The notes beneath the pieces are model-generated. The model worked only from the letters and a program-made list of their open reading frames with translations, searched no databases and was not told where the DNA came from. The translations under genes were made by a program, and so were the position numbers. Positions 7,554 to 15,932 of a stretch of 24,045 nucleotides of DNA are shown here, piece by piece (the first letter of the stretch is position 1; each line of letters opens with the position of its first letter). This stretch comes from a virus (Duplodnaviria; Caudoviricetes). The stretch spans positions 1 through 24,045 of IMG/VR virus record IMGVR_UViG_3300009433_000054; one strand, 5' to 3'.

Positions 7554-8459
7554 ATGTGCGATACTCCATCTATAATATTATTATCTGAGGATGCTGACCA
7601 AAAAGCGATTGATGATTTATCAAGACAGCTTAAGCAGCAATCCGGAGAGATCGCACAGTTAACCAAGGCTAAGATTAAAGAATTAAAAACTTTAGTTAAA
7701 GCAGAAAAATCTATGAAGTCGGTACTTGAAAAATCAAGAGGCCGATTTTTAAAAACGCTAGGGGATGCTGTCAAAGTGACAGACCCTCTTAGCTTATTAG
7801 CTTTACCTAGAGATCAAATGATTGATTTCATAATTAGAGGCGGCTTTGATATCTCAATAGACGAGTTTATTGAGCAGACTGACAACATAGCTAAAGCAGT
7901 TGAGAACACTGCTAAAGTTATTCAGCCCGATCTAGGATTAACGCCTATTCAGCAAAAGATTGATTTGATGCAAGCTGTAACAGTCCAGCAAGTCTTTGAC
8001 GACGTCGTACTTCCAACTGTAGCAAATGGAACTAGAGACTCATTAAATGCGATGACTTTAGACGTCCCCCCTAAAGATGCTCTATCTACACTAGCTCAAA
8101 GAATGAATCAGGCGACAGGTAAGCAGCTTACTGAGATTAATACGAAGTCTTCTATGTTTGGAAGATCTGTAACGGCTCAAATAGCAGAAGAGGCAGGCTT
8201 AAATCTTTTCTTATATACAGGTCCACTCGATGGCGTAACAAGGAAATTCTGTGACCCATTAGTAGATAAAGTCGTTAGTGACTCTCAAATGAGAAAGTTA
8301 AACAATGGACAAGGGTTACCCGTACGGACCGCCGGGGGTGGTTATAATTGTCGTCACTCCTGGAGTCCAGTGAGTAAAGGCTTTGTCAAAGCTGCTAACT
8401 TAACTAGAGCAACTACAAGAGATATTAGTGACGCTAACACAGGAGGTAAACGCAAATGA
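7554..8459 (+). CDS. Minor head/head morphogenesis protein (SPP1 gp7/Mu gpF-like)
   Basis: Helical N-terminus; C-terminal YTGPLDGVTRKFC...GGGYNCRHSWSPV Cys/His motif. Confidence 0.78.
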   Translation: MCDTPSIILLSEDADQKAIDDLSRQLKQQSGEIAQLTKAKIKELKTLVKAEKSMKSVLEKSRGRFLKTLGDAVKVTDPLSLLALPRDQMIDFIIRGGFDISIDEFIEQTDNIAKAVENTAKVIQPDLGLTPIQQKIDLMQAVTVQQVFDDVVLPTVANGTRDSLNAMTLDVPPKDALSTLAQRMNQATGKQLTEINTKSSMFGRSVTAQIAEEAGLNLFLYTGPLDGVTRKFCDPLVDKVVSDSQMRKLNNGQGLPVRTAGGGYNCRHSWSPVSKGFVKAANLTRATTRDISDANTGGKRK

Positions 8460-9409
8460 TACGCAAAGCAATTACAAGCAAAGACTATCTATTTGAATGG
8501 AACGCACCCAAGCCAGTTAGTGGCAATCCTTCAATCACGTTTAAAGCGTCATCTACTGTGACATCAGTAATGAGTCATTCACGATCTGATATTTCAGTCA
8601 GTGCAATAGCAAACGATAGACGGACTTTAACAATTGCAAGCAGTGACTCTTTGCAACGTGATCAAGCCTTAGCTTTCCTTAAGACCGATGGAGATACGTG
8701 GTACTCTGTTAAAGTAATTCGAATAGTAGGGACTACGGCAATCTTAGCTGAGCCTCTATCGCGTGAAATAGACTTAACAACATCAGCCTCCATAGAGTTC
8801 GCAATGTGGTACTATACAGCATTATCGGCTAATGTAACGAGTACATCAGGAACCTTTCAATATATAATAGACTATACTGCTGACTTAGGTCAGAACAATA
8901 TCTCTAAGTTAGATAAAGGTATTATTAAAGTTACGCCACGGCCATTTGATACTGGCTTAGATCATGATTCATTTGTGAGCCGATTCGCTCCACTCGCTGA
9001 CATGATACCTAGAAGACAGTCAGACTTTGCTCCACAAATCAAAGCCGCACTTGATGAGATCTCTTTAATCTTGCGTGATAAGTTATCACCATCGGAAGTT
9101 ACAGAAGATGAGATCTTTAATGCTGAGTCATTCCAATTAAGTCATGCTTACTGTACAGCTGCTAGAATCTATGAGATGAATCTACAGCTAGACGCGACTG
9201 ATGCTATGCGGTCTAGATGTATAGAACTTTTAGACCTTGCCTTAAGATCCATTGATTTAGATCTTGATGGCGATGGCATTATAGATACTGGTGAGATTGA
9301 TCTTGAGAAGACTGGTGGGAAGTCTACAGACTTTCGAGCGAGTTGGAAGTCATATACTAAAACAGGGCAAGGCAAAGACTTTAATCCGACAAGATCTATG
9401 GGACACTAA
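8456..9409 (+). CDS. Probable head-tail adaptor/connector with an N-terminal beta-rich extension
   Basis: Position after the head genes; ATGA overlap and SD GGAGG; C-terminal helical bundle (QIKAALDEISLIL...AYCTAARIYE); EF-hand-like loop at 9260-9295. Confidence 0.55.
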   Translation: MIRKAITSKDYLFEWNAPKPVSGNPSITFKASSTVTSVMSHSRSDISVSAIANDRRTLTIASSDSLQRDQALAFLKTDGDTWYSVKVIRIVGTTAILAEPLSREIDLTTSASIEFAMWYYTALSANVTSTSGTFQYIIDYTADLGQNNISKLDKGIIKVTPRPFDTGLDHDSFVSRFAPLADMIPRRQSDFAPQIKAALDEISLILRDKLSPSEVTEDEIFNAESFQLSHAYCTAARIYEMNLQLDATDAMRSRCIELLDLALRSIDLDLDGDGIIDTGEIDLEKTGGKSTDFRASWKSYTKTGQGKDFNPTRSMGH

Positions 9410-9410
9410 C

Positions 9411-9935
9411 ATGGCATCTAAAGTTAAGTTAAAGCTACCCGCTAGCATATGGACTGAGAAGGATACTAAAGTCTTAGCATCTAACACACTGGCAACGATT
9501 AAAAGACGCACTTCTAAAGGGCTGTCTTCTAATGGTGGTAAGTTTAAAGACTACTCGACTAAGTCTATGTATGTATCTTTTAAAGGTGCCAGACTTAAGC
9601 CTAAGGGTGGACGATTGTCTAGGACTGGTAACTCTGTCTTCTATGATGGAGGCTATGAGCAATACAAGCATGACTCTCGTAAGAGAAGCCGTACAGCGAC
9701 CAAGGGACAAAGCGCCGAAGTAGATTTAGTTTTATCTGGTCAGCTAATGAATAACCTTGTAGTGCTAGAGGCTTCCTTAACACGCTTTAGAATTGGCTTA
9801 ACTAAACACGTTCAGCATTATGGATACGCAGTACATGAGAAACGTCCTTACATTGGATTAACAGATAATGAGATTAATATACTTGTTAATGCTGTATCTT
9901 ATGATATCTCTGAGAAGTTAAGGAAGGGGAAGTGA
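9411..9935 (+). CDS. Virion morphogenesis/tail completion protein (Mu gpG/P2 gpS-like)
   Basis: Basic 174-aa protein from ATG 9411, just after the previous stop; motifs GGKFKDYS, VDLVLSGQLMNNL and HEKRPYIGLTDNE. Confidence 0.72.
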   Translation: MASKVKLKLPASIWTEKDTKVLASNTLATIKRRTSKGLSSNGGKFKDYSTKSMYVSFKGARLKPKGGRLSRTGNSVFYDGGYEQYKHDSRKRSRTATKGQSAEVDLVLSGQLMNNLVVLEASLTRFRIGLTKHVQHYGYAVHEKRPYIGLTDNEINILVNAVSYDISEKLRKGK

Positions 9936-10399
9936 TGAGCCGAGGAATAGTACAATCATTAATAAAATTAAAGACAATGATAGAAGCGATTGAGCCTAAG
10001 ACCGATACTCATAATGGTTTTGTATGCATCGATGATGGAACCGGCTTGACTTCTCCTTTAAATGCTAGATTTGAAAGTCAGAGACAGTTTGCTTTCGAGC
10101 TAACATCTTTAGCTATGGATGACGGAAGCGCGGGCCTAAGTGGTCGGAAGCGTGTTAGCGTAGACGTGGTCGTTAGATACGCTATTCCTAAAGAGCAAGG
10201 ATTTAGAATGAGGATCATGACAGAGGATAGTAGTAAAATGATAGACACTATCAAAGGTCCTCAGTACGAATTTAATATAACTGGCATAATATCAGTAATA
10301 CCTAATCAAGCTAGAACTGAAGAAATAACAGATGACATAGGGGAGACCATAGGTCACCTTTTGATCATACCCTTTGACCTACTTTACCTGGAGGCATAA
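9935..10399 (+). CDS. Probable tail terminator/tail completion protein
   Basis: About 154 aa immediately before the tail tube; TGATG overlap; alpha/beta pattern ending in a beta strand (LLIIPFDLLY). Assigned mainly by synteny. Confidence 0.5.
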   Translation: MSRGIVQSLIKLKTMIEAIEPKTDTHNGFVCIDDGTGLTSPLNARFESQRQFAFELTSLAMDDGSAGLSGRKRVSVDVVVRYAIPKEQGFRMRIMTEDSSKMIDTIKGPQYEFNITGIISVIPNQARTEEITDDIGETIGHLLIIPFDLLYLEA

Positions 10400-10400
10400 A

Positions 10401-11702
10401 ATGAGCGTAACTCATAGAAGTTTAGGCGTAGCAATTGAAACCGTTTTTGGATCGTTATCCACCACCAACAATCTTCCAGATAATAGCGGCTTGAGTTATG
10501 CCTCTATTCCTTGCGAGAGAGACCCCATCTTAATTTATGGAGAAGTGGTAGCGAGCGAGAGAAATGACGCTAGAGATGGCTCTTACTTTTTGCCGCCTGA
10601 GCCTGATACTGTTTGGAGCGGTGGAAATCGTGTAAGACGTCGTACTGGTCAAGTAAGTCTTAGAGTCGACTTGTCAACAATTGGAAGTAGTGCAACTAAT
10701 TATAACGCGAATTATTTAGGGATGCTTCTAGGAGCTGGATTCTTAACACAGCTTAATGGCGTTGCAAGTGTCACGGCTTCAAGTGTAACTGATGTTAATA
10801 ATTTTGTAGGAGCGGGATACGCTGTCACTGATGTAGGTACTTTAATCTCATCGATTATAAAAGGAGCTGTAGAGTATAGTGCAATCACTGAAGTCGATGG
10901 CACCGATATTAGCGTATCTCCTGCGTTCTCAGCGGGATTCACAGGGACTCCGACGGTTAGAGGGACTCAGACTTGGTATCCAGGATCGAGAACACAAACT
11001 GGTACACGAACTCATTCTCTTTCTTTTAGGGTCGACGGCGTCAACTTTAGATCATATGCTTATGGCTGTGTATTAGAGTCACTGAGTATCTCTTTAGATA
11101 ATGGTCGTTTAATGGCTGACTTTAATTATCAAGCGGCTTTAATTCAAGATGATCATGGAAATGCAGTAGGACCGTTCGAGCCTACGTACAATACAGGCGC
11201 TCCAGCTTTCTTTAGAAATAGCTATGTTGTAATCAGTAGTACCTCTCCTAACTCTACGAGTAACGCAACTACAGCCAATACCTTGGGACGCACTTCTTTA
11301 GATTGTGAAGACTTCAGTCTTACAGTAACAAATACACTCACTCCACTCGGAACAAGTCAATCAATTCTAGCCATGTCTGGAATGGAAATAACTGACTTAG
11401 ACGTAGAGTTGACTTTGACTTTATCGACTGTAAATACAAGTATTAATCAAGATTACTTTAACAGAACAGTCCGACAGGTGTTAGTAGGTACAGGCCCCCA
11501 AGCTGATGGAGAGGGATGTGCGATCATGATACCGGCCGCACAGCTCGCTAATGATCCATCTCAATATGATGTGAGCGGTAATGATATTGTTCGTCAGACT
11601 CTTACATATAAACAAACTAGATATGCTGGGGATGTAAACAGTGGAGCAGCTTATGAGACAGGCGCCGGTTGCTCACCTTTCCGAATCGCTTTAGGAGTTT
11701 AA
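10401..11702 (+). CDS. Major tail (tube) protein
   Basis: SD GGAGG (10390-10394) before ATG 10401. N-terminal SLGVAIETVFG, then AYGCVLESLSISL, FSLTVTNTLTP and IMIPAAQ; beta-rich; followed by chaperone and tape measure genes. Confidence 0.8.
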   Translation: MSVTHRSLGVAIETVFGSLSTTNNLPDNSGLSYASIPCERDPILIYGEVVASERNDARDGSYFLPPEPDTVWSGGNRVRRRTGQVSLRVDLSTIGSSATNYNANYLGMLLGAGFLTQLNGVASVTASSVTDVNNFVGAGYAVTDVGTLISSIIKGAVEYSAITEVDGTDISVSPAFSAGFTGTPTVRGTQTWYPGSRTQTGTRTHSLSFRVDGVNFRSYAYGCVLESLSISLDNGRLMADFNYQAALIQDDHGNAVGPFEPTYNTGAPAFFRNSYVVISSTSPNSTSNATTANTLGRTSLDCEDFSLTVTNTLTPLGTSQSILAMSGMEITDLDVELTLTLSTVNTSINQDYFNRTVRQVLVGTGPQADGEGCAIMIPAAQLANDPSQYDVSGNDIVRQTLTYKQTRYAGDVNSGAAYETGAGCSPFRIALGV

Positions 11703-11705
11703 TAA

Positions 11706-12215
11706 ATGGCTTTGCACTTTCTTACATCAACAAACCAAACTAAAGAAGTCGTCGTAACTTGTGACCCATCTGTCAACGGTACAGAAGAACAACAAAGAGA
11801 ATATATAAACACTGGCGACTTATCAAAGTTAGACATTAAGAAAGATGCAACTCGATTCATATTGAAACCACTTGGACCTGCTGAAAGAGAAAAAGCAGAG
11901 ATCAGAGCGGGGGCTTTTAGTAGATCGGAACTGGGCCGACTACTTTGGATAGAAGCTCCCAACGATTCAAAAGATAAGGCTAGATGGCATCATAAGCTAG
12001 ATATAGATGAGCGAGAGGCACTAGGCTCTTATGAATCTTATATCTCAAGAGTATATCTAGAGATGATTCGTGAGTCACTTGTTAGCATCGACGGCAAAGA
12101 AGCAAGCATTGAATCAATACAAAAAATTAGACCTGACTCTTTTAGACTATCTACTATAACCGAGTTAGTCTTACACATTCAAAGAATGAGTCTAATAGGT
12201 GACGAGGGAAAATAG
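11706..12215 (+). CDS. Tail assembly chaperone, short form (lambda gpG analogue)
   Basis: 169 aa between the tube and tape measure genes; ends G GGA AAA TAG. Confidence 0.8.
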   Translation: MALHFLTSTNQTKEVVVTCDPSVNGTEEQQREYINTGDLSKLDIKKDATRFILKPLGPAEREKAEIRAGAFSRSELGRLLWIEAPNDSKDKARWHHKLDIDEREALGSYESYISRVYLEMIRESLVSIDGKEASIESIQKIRPDSFRLSTITELVLHIQRMSLIGDEGK

Positions 12216-12637
12216 CCCTAGCCTCCTCAATATGGTTACCCTTCTCGAGGGGAAGAGGCTGGGATTGTAGCCAATGCAAGAAAGACTCTAAGCTAAGAAG
12301 GCAGAGGGGGAACTGCGGTGAAGTCTTTAAACAAGGATTGCCACAGTCGCAAAAAGATAACGTAGGCGTATTTGTTCCCGGCTATAGAGTCGCGCCCAAT
12401 AGTGGGGAATCATATAGCGATCTTAAAATAAGATCCTGTCCTATTGCTAACATGAATAGAGTTGCATCAGTCGTTCAAAATTATAGCAGAATTAAAGCAG
12501 GATTAATAAAGATTGATGATATTTATCCTAGTCCTACATGTGCTATTATTGAATCATTAGAGATAATAGAATATAATCATTCTCAAATGATGCAAAGACA
12601 GCATGACCAAAGCATGACGGAGGCTCAACATGGCTAA
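11706..12637 (+). CDS. Tail assembly chaperone, long frameshifted form (about 310 aa, lambda gpGT analogue)
   Basis: The -1 frame is open from 12206 to TAA 12635-12637 and contains the track ORF 12338..12637 (TTG start, no clear SD). Confidence 0.8.
12206..12263 (+). other. Programmed -1 ribosomal frameshift signal (slippery heptamer plus downstream stem)
   Basis: G GGA AAA at 12206-12212 in XXXYYYZ register. CCTAGCCTC (12217-12225) pairs with GAGGCTGGG (12255-12263). Confidence 0.85.
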
Positions 12638-14711
12638 AGGTGGAACAATAGAAATAGATGTTGAGTTATCAGGAGGCCAAGACATCAGACAAGGCTTTGA
12701 TGAGATTGGGTCAGCTGGCAAAGCATTGACTGAGACAATGGGGGCGACTAATGAGAAGCTGGGAGAGGGGTTAGCAGGAGTGGGAGAGTCTGTCTTTGGA
12801 CTTGCTGATACGTTCGGAGAGCTAAAGAATGGGATTAAGAATGTGGGTCAAGTTGGTGCTAAAGGATTAATCGGATTACTCGGCCCGATTGGGATGGTAG
12901 TAACTGCGGGCTTTGCACTTTATGAATCGTTTAGAATGATAAGCGGAGCAGCTCAAGAAGCAGAAGAGAATCAAGCGGCGATGGCTGCTGCTGCTGGTGA
13001 TCTTCAAAGCAAGCTAGAGGCATTAAGTGAAAAGGGAATCCAGCCAACTGCTAAAGAGCTAGTTGAGTTTTCTAGAATAACTATTGAAGGTCAATTTGCT
13101 AAAGACAAGCTACAAGTAGCCGAAGAGAAATTAACAAAGACTTTTCAAAAAGCATTTGAGATAGAGCAGAAAGTAAACAAGCTAAGAGAGCAAGCTGCTA
13201 AGGGTATTAATGCTAGGGCCGTGTTGAATGGAGAGCTTAAAGAAGCAATAGAAGATCTAAACGAAGCTAGAAAAGCAGAAGAGAAAGAGATAACTAAGCA
13301 TCTAAAATTACAAACTGAAGTTAATAAAAAAATCAAAGCAGGTGAGGAGCTTTATAAGAAGCATGAGGAGACCAGTGCCGAATTCTTAAAGTCTAAAATA
13401 CTAGAGAATGCAGAGATTCTAAAAGCAATTCAACTAAGAGAAGCTGAGAATAATGAGACCGGCGAGGCCTTAGAGAATAGCAAAATAGAGATAGAGCGCA
13501 TCAATGAACTCACTAAAGTAAAAGCCAAAGCTAATGAAGAGAATCAAAAACAGCTTCTAGCACAGAGCAAAGCTCTGGAAGCTGAGATTAAAAAGACTAA
13601 TCAAGTTGACTTAGCAAATGAGACAGCGCAAAGAAAGCGAGATGATAGAGTACTAGAATCTATCAAGAAGCAAGAGGAGGCTAGAGCTAAGAGCCGACAA
13701 AGAATAGTAGAATCAAGACGAAGGCAGGAAGCTGAAGAACAGCAACGAATACAGAAAGAAAGGCAGGACGAGCTTAGACGAATTGCTGACAGTGCTAGAA
13801 TAAAGCAACTTCAAATAGAATCTGAAGAAGACTCGACATTAAAACAGATCAAACTAGCAAGACACAGATATGATACTACTAAAAAACTAGCTAAGAATAA
13901 TTTAAATCAGCAACTCATTGCTAGACTTGCATTTGAGAATGAAGTCAAAGCAATCAATAAGCAAGCGATGAGCGAGAAGCTACAAGTCGAAAAAGAACAA
14001 GAAGAGAAGCGTAGATCTTTTGCGCTTGAGACTAGAGAGTTTAATATACAGCAGATACAAGATGAGACTCAAAGAGACTTAGCTATGTTGAAGATGCAGT
14101 ATGATGAGCGCTATGAGATCGCAAAAAACAACCAGGAGCAAACGAACGAACTACAGAGAAGATACACGATAGAAAGACTACAGATTCTCAGCCGTGAGAC
14201 TAACGCAATGAAATCAAAATTTAAAGATATGTTTGCAGACATGGGCCGAGGGTTTGCTGAGGCGGCTGTGGCTTCTATGCTGATGGGGGAATCATTTAAA
14301 GACGGCATCGCTTTAGTCTTACAAGGACTAGCGAGACAAGCAGGCGTTGAAGCGCTGATGCAAACGGCTAAGGGTCTCGCTGCTTTGGTCTTATTCCCTG
14401 CGGCGGCATCAAATCACTTTGCAGCCGCAGGAGCTTTTGGTAGTGCGGCGCTTGCCGCTGGTGCTGCGTCGAGTGCGATGGGTGGTGGTGGTGGTGGTGG
14501 TGTTGGTGGTGGTGGTGGATTCTCTCCAAGCGGGTCGCCTCAAGCCTCTCAAGCTCCACAGCGAGAAGAGGCAACAGCTTCTAGTATGGTCTTCAATGTC
14601 AACTTCTCTGGTGCTGTAATCTATGATACTAAGAAAGCAGCAGAGCAAGCCATGGCTGATAGAATAACTAGAGTAATGAAATCAAATAGACGTGGATCTC
14701 CTAGGAGCTAA
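12630..14711 (+). CDS. Tail tape measure protein
   Basis: 693 aa; SD GGAGG; N-terminal GTIEIDVEL, hydrophobic Gly/Ala helices, long charged coiled coil and Ala/Gly-rich C-terminus with VFNVNFSGAVI; directly after the chaperone. Confidence 0.85.
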   Translation: MAKGGTIEIDVELSGGQDIRQGFDEIGSAGKALTETMGATNEKLGEGLAGVGESVFGLADTFGELKNGIKNVGQVGAKGLIGLLGPIGMVVTAGFALYESFRMISGAAQEAEENQAAMAAAAGDLQSKLEALSEKGIQPTAKELVEFSRITIEGQFAKDKLQVAEEKLTKTFQKAFEIEQKVNKLREQAAKGINARAVLNGELKEAIEDLNEARKAEEKEITKHLKLQTEVNKKIKAGEELYKKHEETSAEFLKSKILENAEILKAIQLREAENNETGEALENSKIEIERINELTKVKAKANEENQKQLLAQSKALEAEIKKTNQVDLANETAQRKRDDRVLESIKKQEEARAKSRQRIVESRRRQEAEEQQRIQKERQDELRRIADSARIKQLQIESEEDSTLKQIKLARHRYDTTKKLAKNNLNQQLIARLAFENEVKAINKQAMSEKLQVEKEQEEKRRSFALETREFNIQQIQDETQRDLAMLKMQYDERYEIAKNNQEQTNELQRRYTIERLQILSRETNAMKSKFKDMFADMGRGFAEAAVASMLMGESFKDGIALVLQGLARQAGVEALMQTAKGLAALVLFPAAASNHFAAAGAFGSAALAAGAASSAMGGGGGGGVGGGGGFSPSGSPQASQAPQREEATASSMVFNVNFSGAVIYDTKKAAEQAMADRITRVMKSNRRGSPRS
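14481..14519 (+). repeat. GGT trinucleotide repeat encoding a poly-Gly linker in the tape measure
   Basis: (GGT)7 GTT (GGT)4 GGA. Confidence 0.9.
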
Positions 14712-14714
14712 CAA

Positions 14715-15932
14715 ATGAATCCTTCCCCCTCTCCCAACTTTGCGCTATTAACTAGTGTAGACTTTTCTCAATTTAACGCGAAGCCATTTAGCAGAGGAGC
14801 CACTGCTATTAGTGCAATATGGTCTAGTGATTATGAGGACATGATCAGCTTTCTCAATGGCCGAGGTATGGCTAACGGTAAAAATTTACCAGACTCCCTG
14901 CTTGCTTCATCCAACTTTGGAACTAATTGGCACATCGGAATAAATGCAAATGATAAGATCGAGATAAGCTCCACTCATGCATTTAGGATTAGGTTTGATC
15001 CAGCGTCAATCTATGACGATGATACCGACGCTTTAGGCATTGGGGCGGATTGGGTATTGTATGATGGATCTGCTACGATTGGTTCACCTCTTCTATCTTT
15101 TAAAGTGACGGCTCCATCTGATTGGATTAGAGGTGAGGTTATAGCATTCTCATATGAGATTGAAGAAGTGGGGTCCGGTAGTGGTGCTTTTCTGTTTAAC
15201 TTCTCAGGCGGTGTACAAGATTTAATAGTAGCTTGTCGAGAGCGTGGTAATGGTGACATTGATGACTTAAATACAGCAACTCTAGAAGGAGCTGACGTCG
15301 CAGCGACGAGTGGAGACACTCGATGGTATATCGATAATAATGGCCATGTTGTAAACTCTAGCATCGGTATAACAGCATTGACATGGAATTCATCAGCCTT
15401 GGACATGAGAAACTTTTTAGGATTCACAGGAGATGAGTCAAGCGTTTATGTTAATGGGTATACTGTACTAACAGCAACACACCCATGTAATACTGTCTTA
15501 GTACCATCTAGACCATACCAACAAAATCATGTAAGCACTGAGAATGTAGCACAATCTAAAAGACGAATTGGGGGAGGGTATACTAGTAACTATATCGGCA
15601 CTTATAAAACTACAGTGCTGGGATTTGATTTAGATGCTAATCTAGACTTGATAGATCTATATCAGCATTTCATTTATAAGTTTTTTAACTATGCGAGTGC
15701 CGGCGAAAGAGTTAACTTTTATCAAGTCTGGGGAGACTCTAGAAGAATGTTAATTACTGGAGATGTCTTATCTAGTCAGCCCGCTCATGATCTTGTTTAT
15801 ACTTCATCTCGTAACGGATTCGAGGGTCGCATTAGAGCGTGTATGATTTCAAAGCAATTAGACTTATCTTTTCCTCGCAACCTTAGAAGACGTGTGCCTG
15901 TGACTATTAGAATGGAGCATCTTAATGAGTAA
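14715..15932 (+). CDS. Tail tip protein, possibly distal-tail-like with extra domains
   Basis: 405 aa, first gene after the tape measure; SD AGGAG; C-terminal beta pattern (SKRRIGGGYTSN...VPVTIRME). Function inferred from synteny. Confidence 0.5.
   Translation: MNPSPSPNFALLTSVDFSQFNAKPFSRGATAISAIWSSDYEDMISFLNGRGMANGKNLPDSLLASSNFGTNWHIGINANDKIEISSTHAFRIRFDPASIYDDDTDALGIGADWVLYDGSATIGSPLLSFKVTAPSDWIRGEVIAFSYEIEEVGSGSGAFLFNFSGGVQDLIVACRERGNGDIDDLNTATLEGADVAATSGDTRWYIDNNGHVVNSSIGITALTWNSSALDMRNFLGFTGDESSVYVNGYTVLTATHPCNTVLVPSRPYQQNHVSTENVAQSKRRIGGGYTSNYIGTYKTTVLGFDLDANLDLIDLYQHFIYKFFNYASAGERVNFYQVWGDSRRMLITGDVLSSQPAHDLVYTSSRNGFEGRIRACMISKQLDLSFPRNLRRRVPVTIRMEHLNE

Noticed and set aside
3143-9935. 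Mu-like transposable phage or contractile tail/injection system
   Set aside because: Only the head genes are Mu-like. No transposase, sheath or baseplate wedge gene is recognisable in this window.
12213-12296. TAG readthrough or amber recoding of the chaperone stop
   Set aside because: The zero frame meets a second TAG two codons later and TAA at 12294-12296. The -1 frame is fully open and joins the downstream ORF, and no other gene needs TAG recoding.
12338-12637. Stand-alone 99-aa gene with a TTG start
   Set aside because: No well-spaced SD. The frame is open back to the slippery site, so it is better explained as the frameshift extension.
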